Below, one piece after another: positions 40,809-53,530 of a DNA stretch of 64,000 nt (the first letter of the stretch is position 1; each line of letters opens with the position of its first letter). Origin of the DNA: Octopus vulgaris. Lineage: Eukaryota. Below the pieces are notes generated by a model. It did no database searches, was not told where the DNA came from, and saw only the letters and a program-made list of their open reading frames with translations. The stretch spans positions 55,862,001 through 55,926,000 of the forward strand of contig OX597821.1 in NCBI GenBank assembly GCA_951406725.2. Reading direction: 5' to 3'. The position numbers were made by a program, and so were the translations under genes.

Positions 40809-40966
40809 GACAGGCTTCTTTCAGTTTCCGTCTACCAAATCCACTCACAAGGCATTGGTCGGCCCGGGGCTATAGCAGAAGACACTTGCCCAAGATGCCA
40901 CGCAGTGGGACTGAACCCGGAACCATGTGGTTAGTTAGCAAGCTACTTACCGCACAGCCACTCCTG
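40523..40966 (-). mobile_element. tRNA-derived SINE, family A
   Basis: Full-length reverse-complement copy. Confidence 0.93.
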
Positions 40967-41307
40967 AAGTGCACTTTATTTATGAAAAAGCAATTATATT
41001 TGTGCAATACACAGAGAAGGCATTACCAATGAGAAAGTCATTGCTGATGTATATAAAAAGAAGGGTATATCCAAAAGGCAATAAGATAAGGCTGGTTAGT
41101 TTCTCTATTGATTCATATGGTAATTGTTCTCTGTCTAATTGTTTCTTAAAATAGATGAAACAGTTTTCATTGAATTTTGGTGTTAAGTTGTGTTGTTTCA
41201 GTTGTTTATATTTTCCACTCATTATTTCCGTTTGTTCTTAATCAGTTACTGCTCTCTAATGCGTTGACAGCACGTTTGCCTAAGTTTTATTGTCATCGCA
41301 TAGGCTG

Positions 41308-41535
41308 TACGAGATGGGTGCTGAAAAGCTCCAGGCTATTGCGAAAGATCCAGGGTATCGCGAAAGATCTGGTTGGAGGCCCTAATTTCTGAGTTCTTTT
41401 ACAGAGCTTAGAAAAAACTGAAGGACTGCTGCAATAAGTGTGTGAATCTGGAATATGTTGAATAAAATCATAATTAATTGATCCTCCTGTATTTTCTTTT
41501 ACCCAAAGCCAGGAACTTTTCAACCCCCCCTCATA
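41308..41535. mobile_element. Mariner-type MITE
   Basis: TIRs tacgag-tgggtgctgaaaag-tcc-ggc / gccaggaacttttcaaccccccctcata with TA at the ends. Confidence 0.8.
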
Positions 41536-44479
41536 GTCCGTGTTGTTTGCGATCTTCTCTTGTTCGTCTTTCATTTATTGTGTGATTCTGATAATCTGTG
41601 GGAATAACAGCAATTTTTTTTTATCAGTGAAGATTGATTGTTGTCATAATTGTTTGGCTCTGAAGTTCGAGTAATTCAGATGTTTTAGATCCCAATCAGT
41701 TTTTATCCTTTTCATGAAACCGATCAAAGGTCTCTTGCTTAACCTCTCTGTAGAATTATGCAGGCTTTGGTACAATTCACAGATCCATTGAAATTTCTCT
41801 CAACAATGCTGCGATCTGCAATAGCTGAACGCAGTCTCCTGTCTAACCATAGAGTATACAAGTAGTGATCCGCCATGTTGAATTTTTTTTTTGGGGGGTG
41901 GGGTGCTTCTTTTTTTTTTTTTTTGTCCCCGTTTGATTGCAGCTACTTCTTCGCACTAATCCAAAGAGAATCACTCATTGCTTTGAGGTTTTCTTGTCTT
42001 TTTTGTTTTTTTACCGTCAAGCCTGTATCAGTGGCAAAATTTCGAGAAGGGTGCATTCATTACAGAAAGATGAATAATCCCCTCATACCGACATGACTGA
42101 CTTCAACATCATTTTATGAATGAAAGCATAAACGGAGTGTGAGAAGGAAAGAGAGAGAGAGAGAGAAATGCAGAGAGACAGACAGAGTGGGGAAGACAAA
42201 GTTTTATGGGAAATAACTCAAAACGATTTCTTTATTTAAAAAAAAAAAAGATGTGTTATTTCCCTTGGCTACAATGAGCAAGAATGTATGAGTTCTTTCC
42301 CCTGGTTAACATTCTACAAAGTCTATGCTTACAGCTCATTTTTACAATATTGCCTCTTTACACACAGTCTTCTACCTAATTCGGAATGTTAAGTATAGTT
42401 ATCACTCATCCATTCTCGTTACACATTTTTCTTGCCATCATTATTCATGCTTCTCACTGTATAGAGAGTGGCAAGTAAGTAGAGACATGGGTTGTGAGGT
42501 TCCTTTTTTATGTCAAGTATACATAGCTACTAGACCTGGTATGATAAAAAAAAAAAAAGCACCCAATAAAATGACTGGTGTTATGAAAAACACAGCTGTA
42601 GAAACTAAGCCAAAACTTTAAAATTATTCAGACGCGGTTTGCCAATCGACTGAAGTGCTGGCTTTATTTGTGACAAATCATGCTTGGATGGAAAGCAGAC
42701 ATAAAATGATGGTGATTATAATTTCTCATGGAGATTTCATCTAAATAACATTATGAAAACTGAACAGAAAATGTTTCAAATTTAATTAATAGAATAACCC
42801 CCTAACAAAGCTAATGTGAAAACCATATTGGAGTACAATTCACATTCTTGGATCAGAGCTGTTGCTGATTCACTGATAAAATTTTAAACCACATTGAATT
42901 ACAGCTTACATATTTTGGACATGGCTGCTACTGTTATACAAACTGACATTTTAGACTAAACTGAAGTCCAGTTTGCATTTAAGGACAGTGCTGTTACTGT
43001 CATACAAGCTAAAATTCCAGACCACATCCAAAAGAAGGCTGACCATTCAAGTGATTGCTCACTAAAATTCTAAAATCTCTAGCTTATAAATTTTCTTTTT
43101 TTTTTTCTTCCCTACATCTGGAACCAATAGGCAGGTAATTTAATTAGGAGTTTCTCACGTCTGATGTGGTCAAATGCATATTTGATATCACTCTCATGAA
43201 TTTGTTCAAATCTTCTGGGCAGAGGACCTAAGGAATTGGCTGCAGTTAAGGGAATGATGGTGCTTGCAGTCTGTGCACTATCGAGGTGCCTTCTGCTTCG
43301 CAATTCTGCACTCTCTGGAAGAGTTAGTATCATCACCTAATATATCCTGTTACATTAATGGCTAATACTTCAATCATTTCAACAACACTGGACATGTTAC
43401 AGTTTTATAAGACCTCCTCAGCAAGGCATACACTTTATCATGCTTGCTAAATTTGTGATAAAAGAATTCCAAATAGATGTAGAATACTGTACGTAAGTGA
43501 CTGAGAAAAATTTGCATATTTTTAAACAAGAAATCACTTAAGCTAATTACTATTTGACGTTTCTGTTGGCTACCTATAACTCATGCAACCTCAATGGCAA
43601 AAGACAATCTAACTCCAAGTGATGTCTTCAACACATTGTATAATCAACAAGGGAACCTGCACTTGGCTCCTCAAAATCAGAGCTAATTAACACCTCTGTT
43701 ACTCATTAAAAAAATATGTAATGTGTATAATTTGTATCTGATAAATTTCTATCTAGAATATATCCATGTTTATCATTTTTCTATCTACCATATTTAATCA
43801 TTAAAATGACTGACAACCTTGTCATCAAGCAAATTTATTTGGAAACTCAAGGAGAATAATTTTAAATATTCTATTACATGGTATTGCTTCTTTGTATCAT
43901 GGAGGGAATTCTGGAAGTAATCTGTACTTTGAGGAAATACCAGAGCTTCTCAAATGTAACTCCATCTTAATAAATAAGCATAAGAAACTTCCAATTCACT
44001 GTTCACATTTACACAGTAAAACATTCTTAGCATTTCCAAACAAGATATTAAATGATTAGCTTGCCTTGGTACAAATAGATAAGTTATGTTACCATAATAG
44101 ATCTTAGTTATGTAACCATTGATTATACTTTTTCCAATGAATCAACTCATAGTAATATAGGAAATCTTCTCAGCTGACCTGATCATATTTTAATGACACA
44201 AATCTTCATTTTTGGTTTCCCCCGAATTAACTTTTAAGCATTCTTTTCCAATTTTGAAATTCATCCCAATTTCCAGTCGAGGTCTATAATTTCCACAGCT
44301 AAAGTAGAGCAGTCTACTCTTCCTCTAATTTTTTTTTTTTTTTAATAGAATTCTTTTTAATGATTGCTGACTTAATTTCTTTTTTTCTGAATATATTTTA
44401 TTTGAATTACATTCAAAGATTGCAAACTTGAAATTTATTAATAATCTAAACAGACAATATTTTACTTTGCGATTATTTA

Positions 44480-45075
44480 CTTGAGAAGTTCCAGTCTGGT
44501 GACTTTACTCTTGAAAATCAGCCCCATGGTAGACCTGAGACCAAGGTGGATAATGCTGAGCTGGAAACTGTAGTGGAAGTGGATACATCTCAAACTATGC
44601 ATAAGTTAGCAGCAAGGTTTGATGCTTCAATTTCAACTGTATAGGACCTCTGATACAAATAGGGCAAAGTAAAGAAGCTGAACAAGCATCAAATGACATC
44701 TTGAAACTTGCTGTTCTTTGCTGTCATGGCATAAAAATAAACCATTTTTGCAAGATTCTTTTCAACAATAGCAAGCATTCTGCACAGTGGTTGGATAGAG
44801 ATGAAGTGCCAAAATATAATCCAAAAAAGAATATTCACCGAAAAAAAGGTAAAGGTGTCTGTTTGGTGATCCAGTACTGGTGTCATCCACTACAGCTTCA
44901 TGAGACCTGGTAAATCAATTACAGTGGATGTATACATCAACCAATTGGATGAAATGATGAGTGAACTTGCAATTAAACAACTGAAATTGGTCAATAGAGA
45001 AAGACTGATTCTCTTGGAAGACAATGCTTGACCACATGTTGCACAAAGAACTGAACTTGGAAGTTCTTTGCTGCT
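44480..45075 (+). mobile_element. Decayed mariner transposase fragment (Hsmar1/cecropia-like)
   Basis: LENQPHGRPETKVDNAELETVVE...VW*SSTGVIHYSFMRPGKSITVDVYINQLDEM...LILLEDNA*PHVA. Confidence 0.88.
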
Positions 45076-45159
45076 GGCAAAAATAAACTACTGATAAAAT
45101 GGCAAAATTGTATTCATAACTAGCAGTATCGCCCGGCGTTGCTCGGGTTTGTAAGGGAA

Positions 45160-48100
45160 GATCTCTTTCGGCACCCTCTTTGATCTTTTTCGGCACCCTC
45201 TTTGGTCTCTGTCGGCACCCCCTTTGATCTCTGTCGGTACCCCTCTTTGATCTCTGTCGGCACCCCCTTTGATCTCTGTCGGCACCCCTCTTTGATCTCT
45301 GTCGGCATCCCCTTTGATCTATGTCGGCATCCCCTTTGATCTCTGTCGGTACCTCCTTTGATCTCTGTCGGCACCCCTCTTTCATCTCTGTCGGCACCCC
45401 TCTTTGATCTCTGTCGGTACCCCTTTTGATCTCTGTCGGCACCCCTTTGATCTCTGTACACCCCCTTTGATATCTGTCGGCACCCGTCTTTGATCTCTGT
45501 CGGCACCCTCTTTGATCTCTGTCGGCACCCCTTTGATCTCTGTCGACACCCCTCTTTGATCTATGTCGGCACCCCTCTTTGATCTATGTCGGCATCCCCT
45601 TTGATCTCTGTCGGTACCTCCTTTGATCTCTGTCGGCACCCCTCTTTCATCTCTGTCGGCACCCCTCTTTGATCTCTGTCGGCACCCCTCTTTCATCTCT
45701 TTTATATCTTTCGGCACCCTTTTTGATCTCTGGCGGCACCCCTTTGATCTCTATCAGCACCCCTCTTTGATCTCTGTCGGCACCCTCTTTGGTCTCTGTC
45801 GGCACCCCCTTTGATCTCTGTCGGTACCCCTCTTTGATCTCTGTCGGCACCCCTCTTTGATATCTGTCGGCACCCCTCTTTGATCTCTGTCGGAACCCCC
45901 TTTGATCTCTGTCGGCACCCTTCTTTGATCTCTGTCGGCATCCCCCTTTGATCTCTGTCGGCACCCTCTTTGATCTCTGTCGGCAACCCTCTTTGATCTC
46001 TGTCGACACCCCTCTTTGATCTCTGTCGGCAACCCTCTTTGATCTCTGTCGGCACCCCTTTGATCTCTGTCGGCACCCTCTTTGATCTCTGTCGGCACCC
46101 CCTTTGATCTCTGTCGGCACCCCTCTTTGATCTCTGTCGGCACCCCTCTTTGATCTCTTTTATATCTTTCGGCACCCTTTTTGATCTCTGGCGGCACCCC
46201 CTTTGATCTCTATCAGCACCCCTCTTTGATCTCTGTCGGCACCCCTCTTTGATCTCTGTCGGCACCCCCTTTGATCTCTGTCGGCACCCCTCTTTGATCT
46301 CTGTCGGCACCCCTCTTTGATATCTGTCGGCACCCCTCTTTGATCTCTGTCGGAACCCCCTTTGATCTCTGTCGGCACCCCTCTTTGATCTCTGTCGGCA
46401 CCCCTCTTTGATCTCTTTTATATCTTTCGGCACCCTTTTTGATCTCTGGCGGCACCCCCTTTGATCTCTATCAGCACCCCTTTGATCTCTGTCGGCACCC
46501 TCTTTGGTCTCTGTCGGCACCCCTTTGATCTCTGTCGGTACCCCTCTTTGATCTCTGTCGGCACCCTCTTTGATATCTGTCGGCACCCTCTTTGATCTCT
46601 GTCGGAACCCCCTTTGATCTCTGTCGGCACCCTTCTTTGATCTCTGTCGGCATCCCCCTTTGATCTCTGTCGGCACCCCATTGATCTCTGTCGGCACCGT
46701 CTTTGATCCTCTGTCGGCACCCTTCTTTGATCTCTATCGGCACCCCTCTTTGATCTCTTTCGGCACCCCTCTTTGATCTCTGTCGGCACCCCCTTTGATC
46801 TCTATCAGCACCCCTCTTTGATCTCTGTCGGCACCCTCTTTGGTCTCTGTCGGCACCCCCTTTGATCTCTGTCGGTACCCCTCTTTGATCTCTGTCGGCA
46901 CCCCTCTTTGATATCTGTCGGCACCCCTCTTTGATCTCTGTCGGAACCCCCTTTGATCTCTGTCGGCACCCTTCTTTGATCTCTGTCGGCATCCCCTTTG
47001 ATCTCTGTCGGCACCCCCTTTGATCTCTGTCGGCACCGTCTTTGATCCTTGTCGGCACCCTTCTTTGATCTCTATCGGCACCCCTCTTTGATCTCTTTCG
47101 GCACCCCTCTTTGATCTCTGTCGGCACCCCCTTTGATCTCTGTCGGCACCCGTCTTTGATCTCTGTCGGCACCCCCTTTGATCTCTGTACACCCCCTTTG
47201 ATCTTTATCGACACCCTCTTTGATCTCTGTCGGCACCCCTCTTTGATCTCTGTCGGCACCCCTATGATCTCTGTCGACACCCTCTTTGATCTCTGTCGGC
47301 ACCCTTCTTTGATCTCTGTCGGCATCCCCTTTGATCTTTGTCGGCACCCCATTGATCTCTGTCGGCACCGTCTTTGATCCTTGTCGGCACCCTTCTTTGA
47401 TCTCTATCGGCACCCCTCTTTGATCTCTTTCGGCACCCCTCTTTGATCTCTGTCGGCACCCCCTTTGATCTCTGTCGGTACCCCTCTTTGATCTCTGTCG
47501 GCACCCTCTTTGATATCTGTCGGCACCCCTCTTTGATCTCTGTCGGAACCCCCTTTGTTCTCTGTCGGCACCCCTTTGATCTCTGTCGGCACCCTCTTGA
47601 TCTCTGTCGGCACCCCATTGATCTCTGTCGGCACCGTCTTTGATCCTTGTCGGCACCCTCTTTGATCTCTATCGGCACCCCTCTTTGATCTCTTTCGGCA
47701 CCCCTCTTTGATCTCTGTCGGCACCCCTTTGATCTCTGTCGGCACCCGTCTTTGATCTCTGTCGGCACCCCCTTTGATCTCTGTACACCCCCTTTGATCT
47801 TTGTCGACACCCCTCTTTGATCTCTGTCGGCACCCCTCTTTGATCTCTGTCGGCACCCCTATGATCTCTGTCGACACCCCTCTTTGATCTCTGTCGGCAC
47901 CCTTCTTTGATCTCTGTCGGCATCCCCCTTTGATCTTTGTCGGCACCCCATTGATCTCTGTCGGCACCGTCTTTGATCCTTGTCGGCACCCTTCTTTGAT
48001 CTCTATCGGCACCCCTCTTTGATCTCTTTCGGCACCCCTCTTTGATCTCTGTCGGCACCCCCTTTGATCTCTGTCGGCACCCGTCTTTGATCTCTGTCGG

Positions 48101-49080
48101 CACCCCCTTTGATCTCTGTCGGCACCCGTCTTTGATCTCTGTCGGCACCCTCTTTGATCTCTGTCGGCACCCCTTTGATCTCTGTCGACACCCCTCTTTG
48201 ATCTCTGTCGACACCCCTCTTTGATCTCTGTCGGCACCCCTTTGATCTCTGTCGGCACCCTCTTTGATCTCTGTCGACATCCCTCTTTGATCTCTGTCGG
48301 CACCCGTCTTTGATCTCTGTCGGCACCCCTCTTTGATCTCTGTCGGCACCCTCTTTGATTGCTGTCGGCACCCCTCTTTGATCTCTGTCGGCACCCCTTT
48401 GATCTCTGTCGGCACCCTCTTTGATCTCTGTCGACACCCCTCTTTGGTCTCTGTCGGCACCCCTTTGATCTCTGTCAGCACCCCTCTTTGATTTCTGTCG
48501 GCACCCACTTTGATCTCTGTCGTCACCCTTTTTAACCTCTCTCGGCACCCCTCTTTGATCTCTGTCGACACCCCTCTTTGATCTCTGTCGACATCCCTCT
48601 TTGATCTCTGTCGGCACCCCTCTTTGATCTCTGTCGGCACCCTCTTTGATTGCTATCGGCACCCCTCTTTGATCTCTGTCGGCACCCCCTTTGATCTCTG
48701 TCGGCACCCCTCTTTGATCTCTGTCGACACCCCTCTTTGGTCTCTGTCGGCACCCCCTTTGATCTTTGTCAGCACCCCTCTTTGATTTCTGTCGGCACCC
48801 ACTTTGATCTCTGTCGTCACCCTTTTTAACCTCTCTCGGCACCCCTCTTTGATCTCTGTCGGCACCCCTCTTTGATTTCTGTCGGGACCTCCTTTGATCT
48901 CGGTCGGCACCCCTCTTTGATCTGTCGGCACCCCTTTGATCTCTGTCGGCACCCTCTTTGATCTCTGTCGGCACCCCCTTCGATCTCTGTCGACACCTTC
49001 TTTGATCTCTGTCGGCACCCCTCTTTGATCTCTGTCGGTACCCCTCTTTGATCTCTGTCGGCACCCCTCTTTGATCTCTG
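45160..49080. repeat. Tandem satellite, 21-23-bp unit tttgatctctgtcggcacccctc, roughly 175 copies
   Basis: Direct reading; recurring variant blocks indicate higher-order duplications. Confidence 0.98.
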
Positions 49081-49243
49081 AGGCCTTGAATGGTGTAAAG
49101 CAATCTTGTTATCAGATCTGACGTTCATCAAAACATATATTAATGAAATATTATAACCTAAGCAATGGGATACATTACCGTAAATACATTTATTTATGCA
49201 CATACACACACTGCGAAATTGGGAGAGAATATATATATATAAT

Positions 49244-49642
49244 GGCGCAGGAGTGGCTGTGTGGTAAGTAGCTTGCTAACCAACCACATGGTTCCGGGTT
49301 CAGTCCCACTGCGTGACATCTTGGGCAAGTGTCTTCTACTATAGCCCCGGGCCAACCAATGACTTGAGTGGATTTGGTAGACGGAAATTGAAAGAAGCCT
49401 GTCGTATATATGTATGTGTATATATGTATATGTGTGTGTTTGTGTGTCTGTGTTTGTCCCCCTAGCATTGCTTGACAACCGATGCTGGTGTGGTTACGTC
49501 CCCGTTACTTAGCGGTTCGGCAAAAGAGACCGATAGAATAAGTACTGGGCTTACAAAGAATAAGTCCTGGGGTCGATTTGCTCGACTAAAGGCGGTGCTC
49601 CAGCATGGCCGCAGTCAAATGACTGAAACAAGAAGAAGAAGA
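49244..49642 (+). mobile_element. tRNA-derived SINE, family A
   Basis: Full-length copy with (AAG)n tail. Confidence 0.93.
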
Positions 49643-49987
49643 ATGTAAGCATTTTCAGAGAGTTATAGCCAAAAATTAGCAAAAAAATGCATTAAAATTG
49701 GAAAAAAAAATATCGTAAATTTTTTTTAAATCGTTGACTCATCGTAGACATTTTTAGAGAGTTACTTCCCTTATATAATAGCGACAAAAATTAAAATGGA
49801 AAAACATGATGGTAATTTTTTTTTTAAATCGTAGACTCATCGTAGACGCGCGCTAATACCCGGAAGGGCTCGATATGAATCACGACTATAAGATACCCGC
49901 TTTTGGTTACACTGCACCGCAAAATGTGGGAGTAGTTAGGAATCTAAATCGTAGGAGACAGACACACAACTTCACTTTTATATATAA

Positions 49988-50372
49988 ACTAGCAGTATCG
50001 CCCGGCGTTGCTCAGGTTTGTAAGGGAAATAACTATAAAGCATTTTTAGAGAGTTATAGCCAAAAAATAACAAAAAAATGGAAAAAAATGATGGTAAATT
50101 TTTTTTTTAGTTAAAAAAGGTGGAGTTGCGTCCCCATGACAGTTTGCGGTTTGTGTTTCTGATTCTCGACCCCATGTCGAATTTATCGATTTTTTTCAGA
50201 ACTGGGGGAACTTTTCAAAATTTTCGCCGCGTTAGTTTTGAATTATGACATTGGGCTATGTGTGTGTCAAGTTTCATCAGAATCGGTTGAAAGCCGTGGT
50301 CAGGGTGAGGGTACAAGCAAACAGACACACAGAAACACGCACAGACAAACTGCCGTTTATATAGAGAGAGAT
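49988..50372 (+). mobile_element. Helentron/HINE-like non-autonomous element 2
   Basis: Same 5' end as 45118; 3' part aagtttcatcagaatcggttg...acagac repeats...tttatatagagagagat, similar to Lep1/DINE-type ends as I recall them. Confidence 0.65.
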
Positions 50373-50964
50373 TTAGATGCCTGCTTTAATCTACTGCATT
50401 ACTTTCAGTTCAAAATCAGACATTTCATTCTTAATGACCTGATAGTTGTGGTAATAGGAAGAGTATCTGGTCTTGGAAAATCTGTCTCAACTATGCAAGC
50501 ATGGAAAAGTGGGAAGTAAAGTGATATTGATTATAACGATGATATATATCTCATTTCTAACATTTCATGTATTTCTAAATAATCAAAAACAAACAAGAAA
50601 TGAAGACAAGAACAAAATCCACAGAGTTTGTTTAAGAATTTATTAAATATTCCTTCAAATGAAAAGGGAGAACAAAAATACTTAGTGTGTCTGAAGATGG
50701 GAGGACAGAAGTATTTGACATTCCCCAGCAAAATTCCTTTATCAGAATAGTTAAACCCAAGAATTCAGTATCATCCACTCAGGTCTGTCTGTATGGTCAA
50801 TGTGCAACTTGACACTCTCTCACCATATATTGGGCCATGAACAACACTTCACTGTAACCTGCTATTGTGCAGCAGGATGCAACAGATGTTCAGTAGCTGT
50901 AAATGGCAGTGAACAATTCATGTACTTTATTTATCATGGTTGGAATTAACCATTCATTGAACTT

Positions 50965-51399
50965 TCACTCCTCAACATGGCACCTGCTTTCCTCAATGAT
51001 GTGACTGCTAACCTCTGTAGGAATGGAGTTTTCAGCAGAAACTCCACCTTCCATACTAGCAGCAATGCTGGACAGAGAAGCCACTTCTGCACTGCCTTTG
51101 TTTGCAGCCGCTTTATCTATGTTGTAACCACCTTTAGAGTATGAGACTTTTTCAGAGTTAGTCTTATTGTTATCTACCCGGTTCTTATCTAAGTTACCCT
51201 TATTCTTGTCATGAGAAGAATTTCTCTCACGACGTTCAGGTAAAACTTTTTCTTGGCTTCCTGCCTTAGTTTCAGAAATGTTTCCTCCTTTATCTGTGTT
51301 ATTATTTCCTTTCTCATGATACTGCATTCGAGCCGTTTCTGACTGCTGGCGTCTTTCCAAGGCTTTGCGTGGGTCGTACAAGGCTCTTTCAGGCCGCTC
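50965..51399 (-). CDS. Terminal coding exon of a host gene, probably UPF3-like (C-terminal EJC-binding motif)
   Basis: Polypyrimidine acceptor ttttcttttattaag then phase-0 exon ERPERALYDPRKALERRQQ... (144 aa plus TGA), hydrophilic and non-repetitive; AATAAA at 50931-50926; RPxxxLYxP resembles UPF3B DRPAMQLYQP. Confidence 0.7.
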   Translation of the reverse strand, partial: ERPERALYDPRKALERRQQSETARMQYHEKGNNNTDKGGNISETKAGSQEKVLPERRERNSSHDKNKGNLDKNRVDNNKTNSEKVSYSKGGYNIDKAAANKGSAEVASLSSIAASMEGGVSAENSIPTEVSSHIIEESRCHVEE

Positions 51400-52819
51400 C
51401 TTAATAAAAGAAAATACAATAAAAAAGAGTTAATATCGTATATAATTTGATTACAATTAATCAGAAATTGATATAGTACTAAGCACACATTGCAAGCTTT
51501 TGATAAATAACATTCACATGTCAATTACAGATTTTCCTTGCAAGCAGAATATATCAGGCAGAGTTAGCAGTATAGAGGCATCCTGAGTAAACTAGCTGCC
51601 TAATTGGTAAAAACAACAGAAGAAAAGTATTGCTTATAAAAGTTACCAAATGATATTTTGAAATTTTTTTTTCTTTTTCTCTCTCTCTTTTTTTTAAATT
51701 TTTCTTTTTTTACACGGGTACAAAAGCTTTAAGTTTCCAAAGGAGAAGACAAAAATAAGATAGTAGAATGTAATTTCCTTGAAAAATATTAAAAATGAAA
51801 TGGCAACAACTGAACACTGATACTGAGCTCAATAATCAAAATGAATTATAAAGACGAGTTTTAAAATTTTATATAGCTTGTTTTGGATAGATATAAGATG
51901 GTAGATATTCAGGGACTGAGGAAAGGAAATATCGTGATGCTCAAACCTTTCCCAACACCATTAACAGCATATGTGGTGAATCAGGGCATCCTACAAGACA
52001 TGGATAACAAAAATGTTGTATCTTCTATGCAACTCATAACTGAAGTTTTAAATACTGATACCTCACGTTGACACAGTCAATAATTTGAAACAGTTGTGAT
52101 TCAAATTAAAGCAAGTAAATAATACTCAGGTTGTTGACCCTGGAGGGGATGAAAGACTAAAATCAACTCCAATAGGGAATATAGTCGGAATGAAAAGGAT
52201 GAAACTTAATATAGTAGGGTATTTATTCCAGCATGACAGCCAGTATTTCTGTCACTCCTTGAACTTTGTCCTATTATAAACAAGATCTGCCATGTTCAAA
52301 GAGTAAAAGGATGTTGAGAAGCTTACGTTTTTCTCATAGGCATGAACTAAATTGGGTTCAACTGAAGATAAAATTATATTGTTGCCTTATTTAGTAAAAT
52401 ACTGTATAACATTTGATATTTACATTTTATAAATATTGATATGTAACAGATTGAAGGCTATTTTAGGTAGGTATAGTTGATCATAACAACTTCAGAATTT
52501 GACTGCTATTTATTAAACACTGGAGGAGAAATGAAAGGCAAAATTGACCAAGCAAGACTCAAACTCTGACCATAAGGGAGACAACTAAATACAAAAAAAA
52601 AAAAAGAAAAGGCATTCGCTGCTCAACCAATTCTGCCAGTCAACTGGCTTTACACTTAGTAATTACAATAATAATTAAAACTACCAAAAATATAAATCAA
52701 ATCTTCAGTATCACAACTAACTGATCGATCTAGTTTCCCTACACTATCACCATCTCATAGTATTTTAAACCCAAACTGTAATTTGTTTCTGTTTATCTCT
52801 CAGCAATGTATCAATATTA

Positions 52820-52865
<46 letters not shown>

Positions 52866-53530
52866 TGCTATGTGTCTATGTATTTATTGTATACTTCTTT
52901 TGTTTTTGTTTTTTGAGCAAGTAACACCAACGTTTGAAGCTATTGAATTTGTATCAATTCATAAATTGATGAGCTGAAGTCATTCTGTTTTATTTTCTGC
53001 ATGTGTTTCATAATGCTCAATGAAACAGTTTGAAGTTTTCTAAATTATCCAGCAGTGTTTCTATTGTCTGCTGTAACAGCACCTCAGTTGTTCAGTTTGT
53101 CTTTTGTAACTGAAAGTTCTTTCTGTTTTCTAAATGCTTCATTTAATCTTATCTTACATGATAAAATGCAGTGTATTTCACACTGATCATGCTGGCAGAA
53201 GAAAACTAAAATAACAGAGTGAGAGCGAGTGACTGTCAGAAATGCTAAATGCAGGCAAACTATAATGAGAGGCTTTACTCACAAGTTGTTGCGCACATTT
53301 TTATCATAAATAATATTTACTTCAATAGTTTCACACATGCACGCACACACACATATATATATGAAATTCCATATAACACTTTTTTTGTTTTCAAAATATT
53401 ATTCATGTTACATGTGAATTTTTTATTTTACTCCAATTTCCCAGTTTTGCTTTTCCTTGTATATCTTACAAATTAAAAGCAAACACATTTACACACGCAT
53501 GCATACATACACATGCCTATATATATATCA

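Larger units (their letters stand above)
45118..49987 (+). mobile_element. Helentron/HINE-like non-autonomous element 1, expanded by a satellite and a SINE
   Basis: Starts aactagcagtatcgcccggcgttgctcggg (subterminal hairpin); homology to element 2 breaks at 45159 and resumes at about 49647; ends acagacacac...ttttatatata. Confidence 0.65.

Noticed and set aside
45160-49080. CRISPR-like appearance of the repeat array
   Set aside because: No unique spacers, no cas genes, eukaryotic context
44915-49209. Many long minus-strand ORFs (PTEIK/GADRDQR/GCRQRSK repeats)
   Set aside because: The satellite unit has no stop codon on that strand and unit length varies from 21 to 23 bp, so all frames are open by chance
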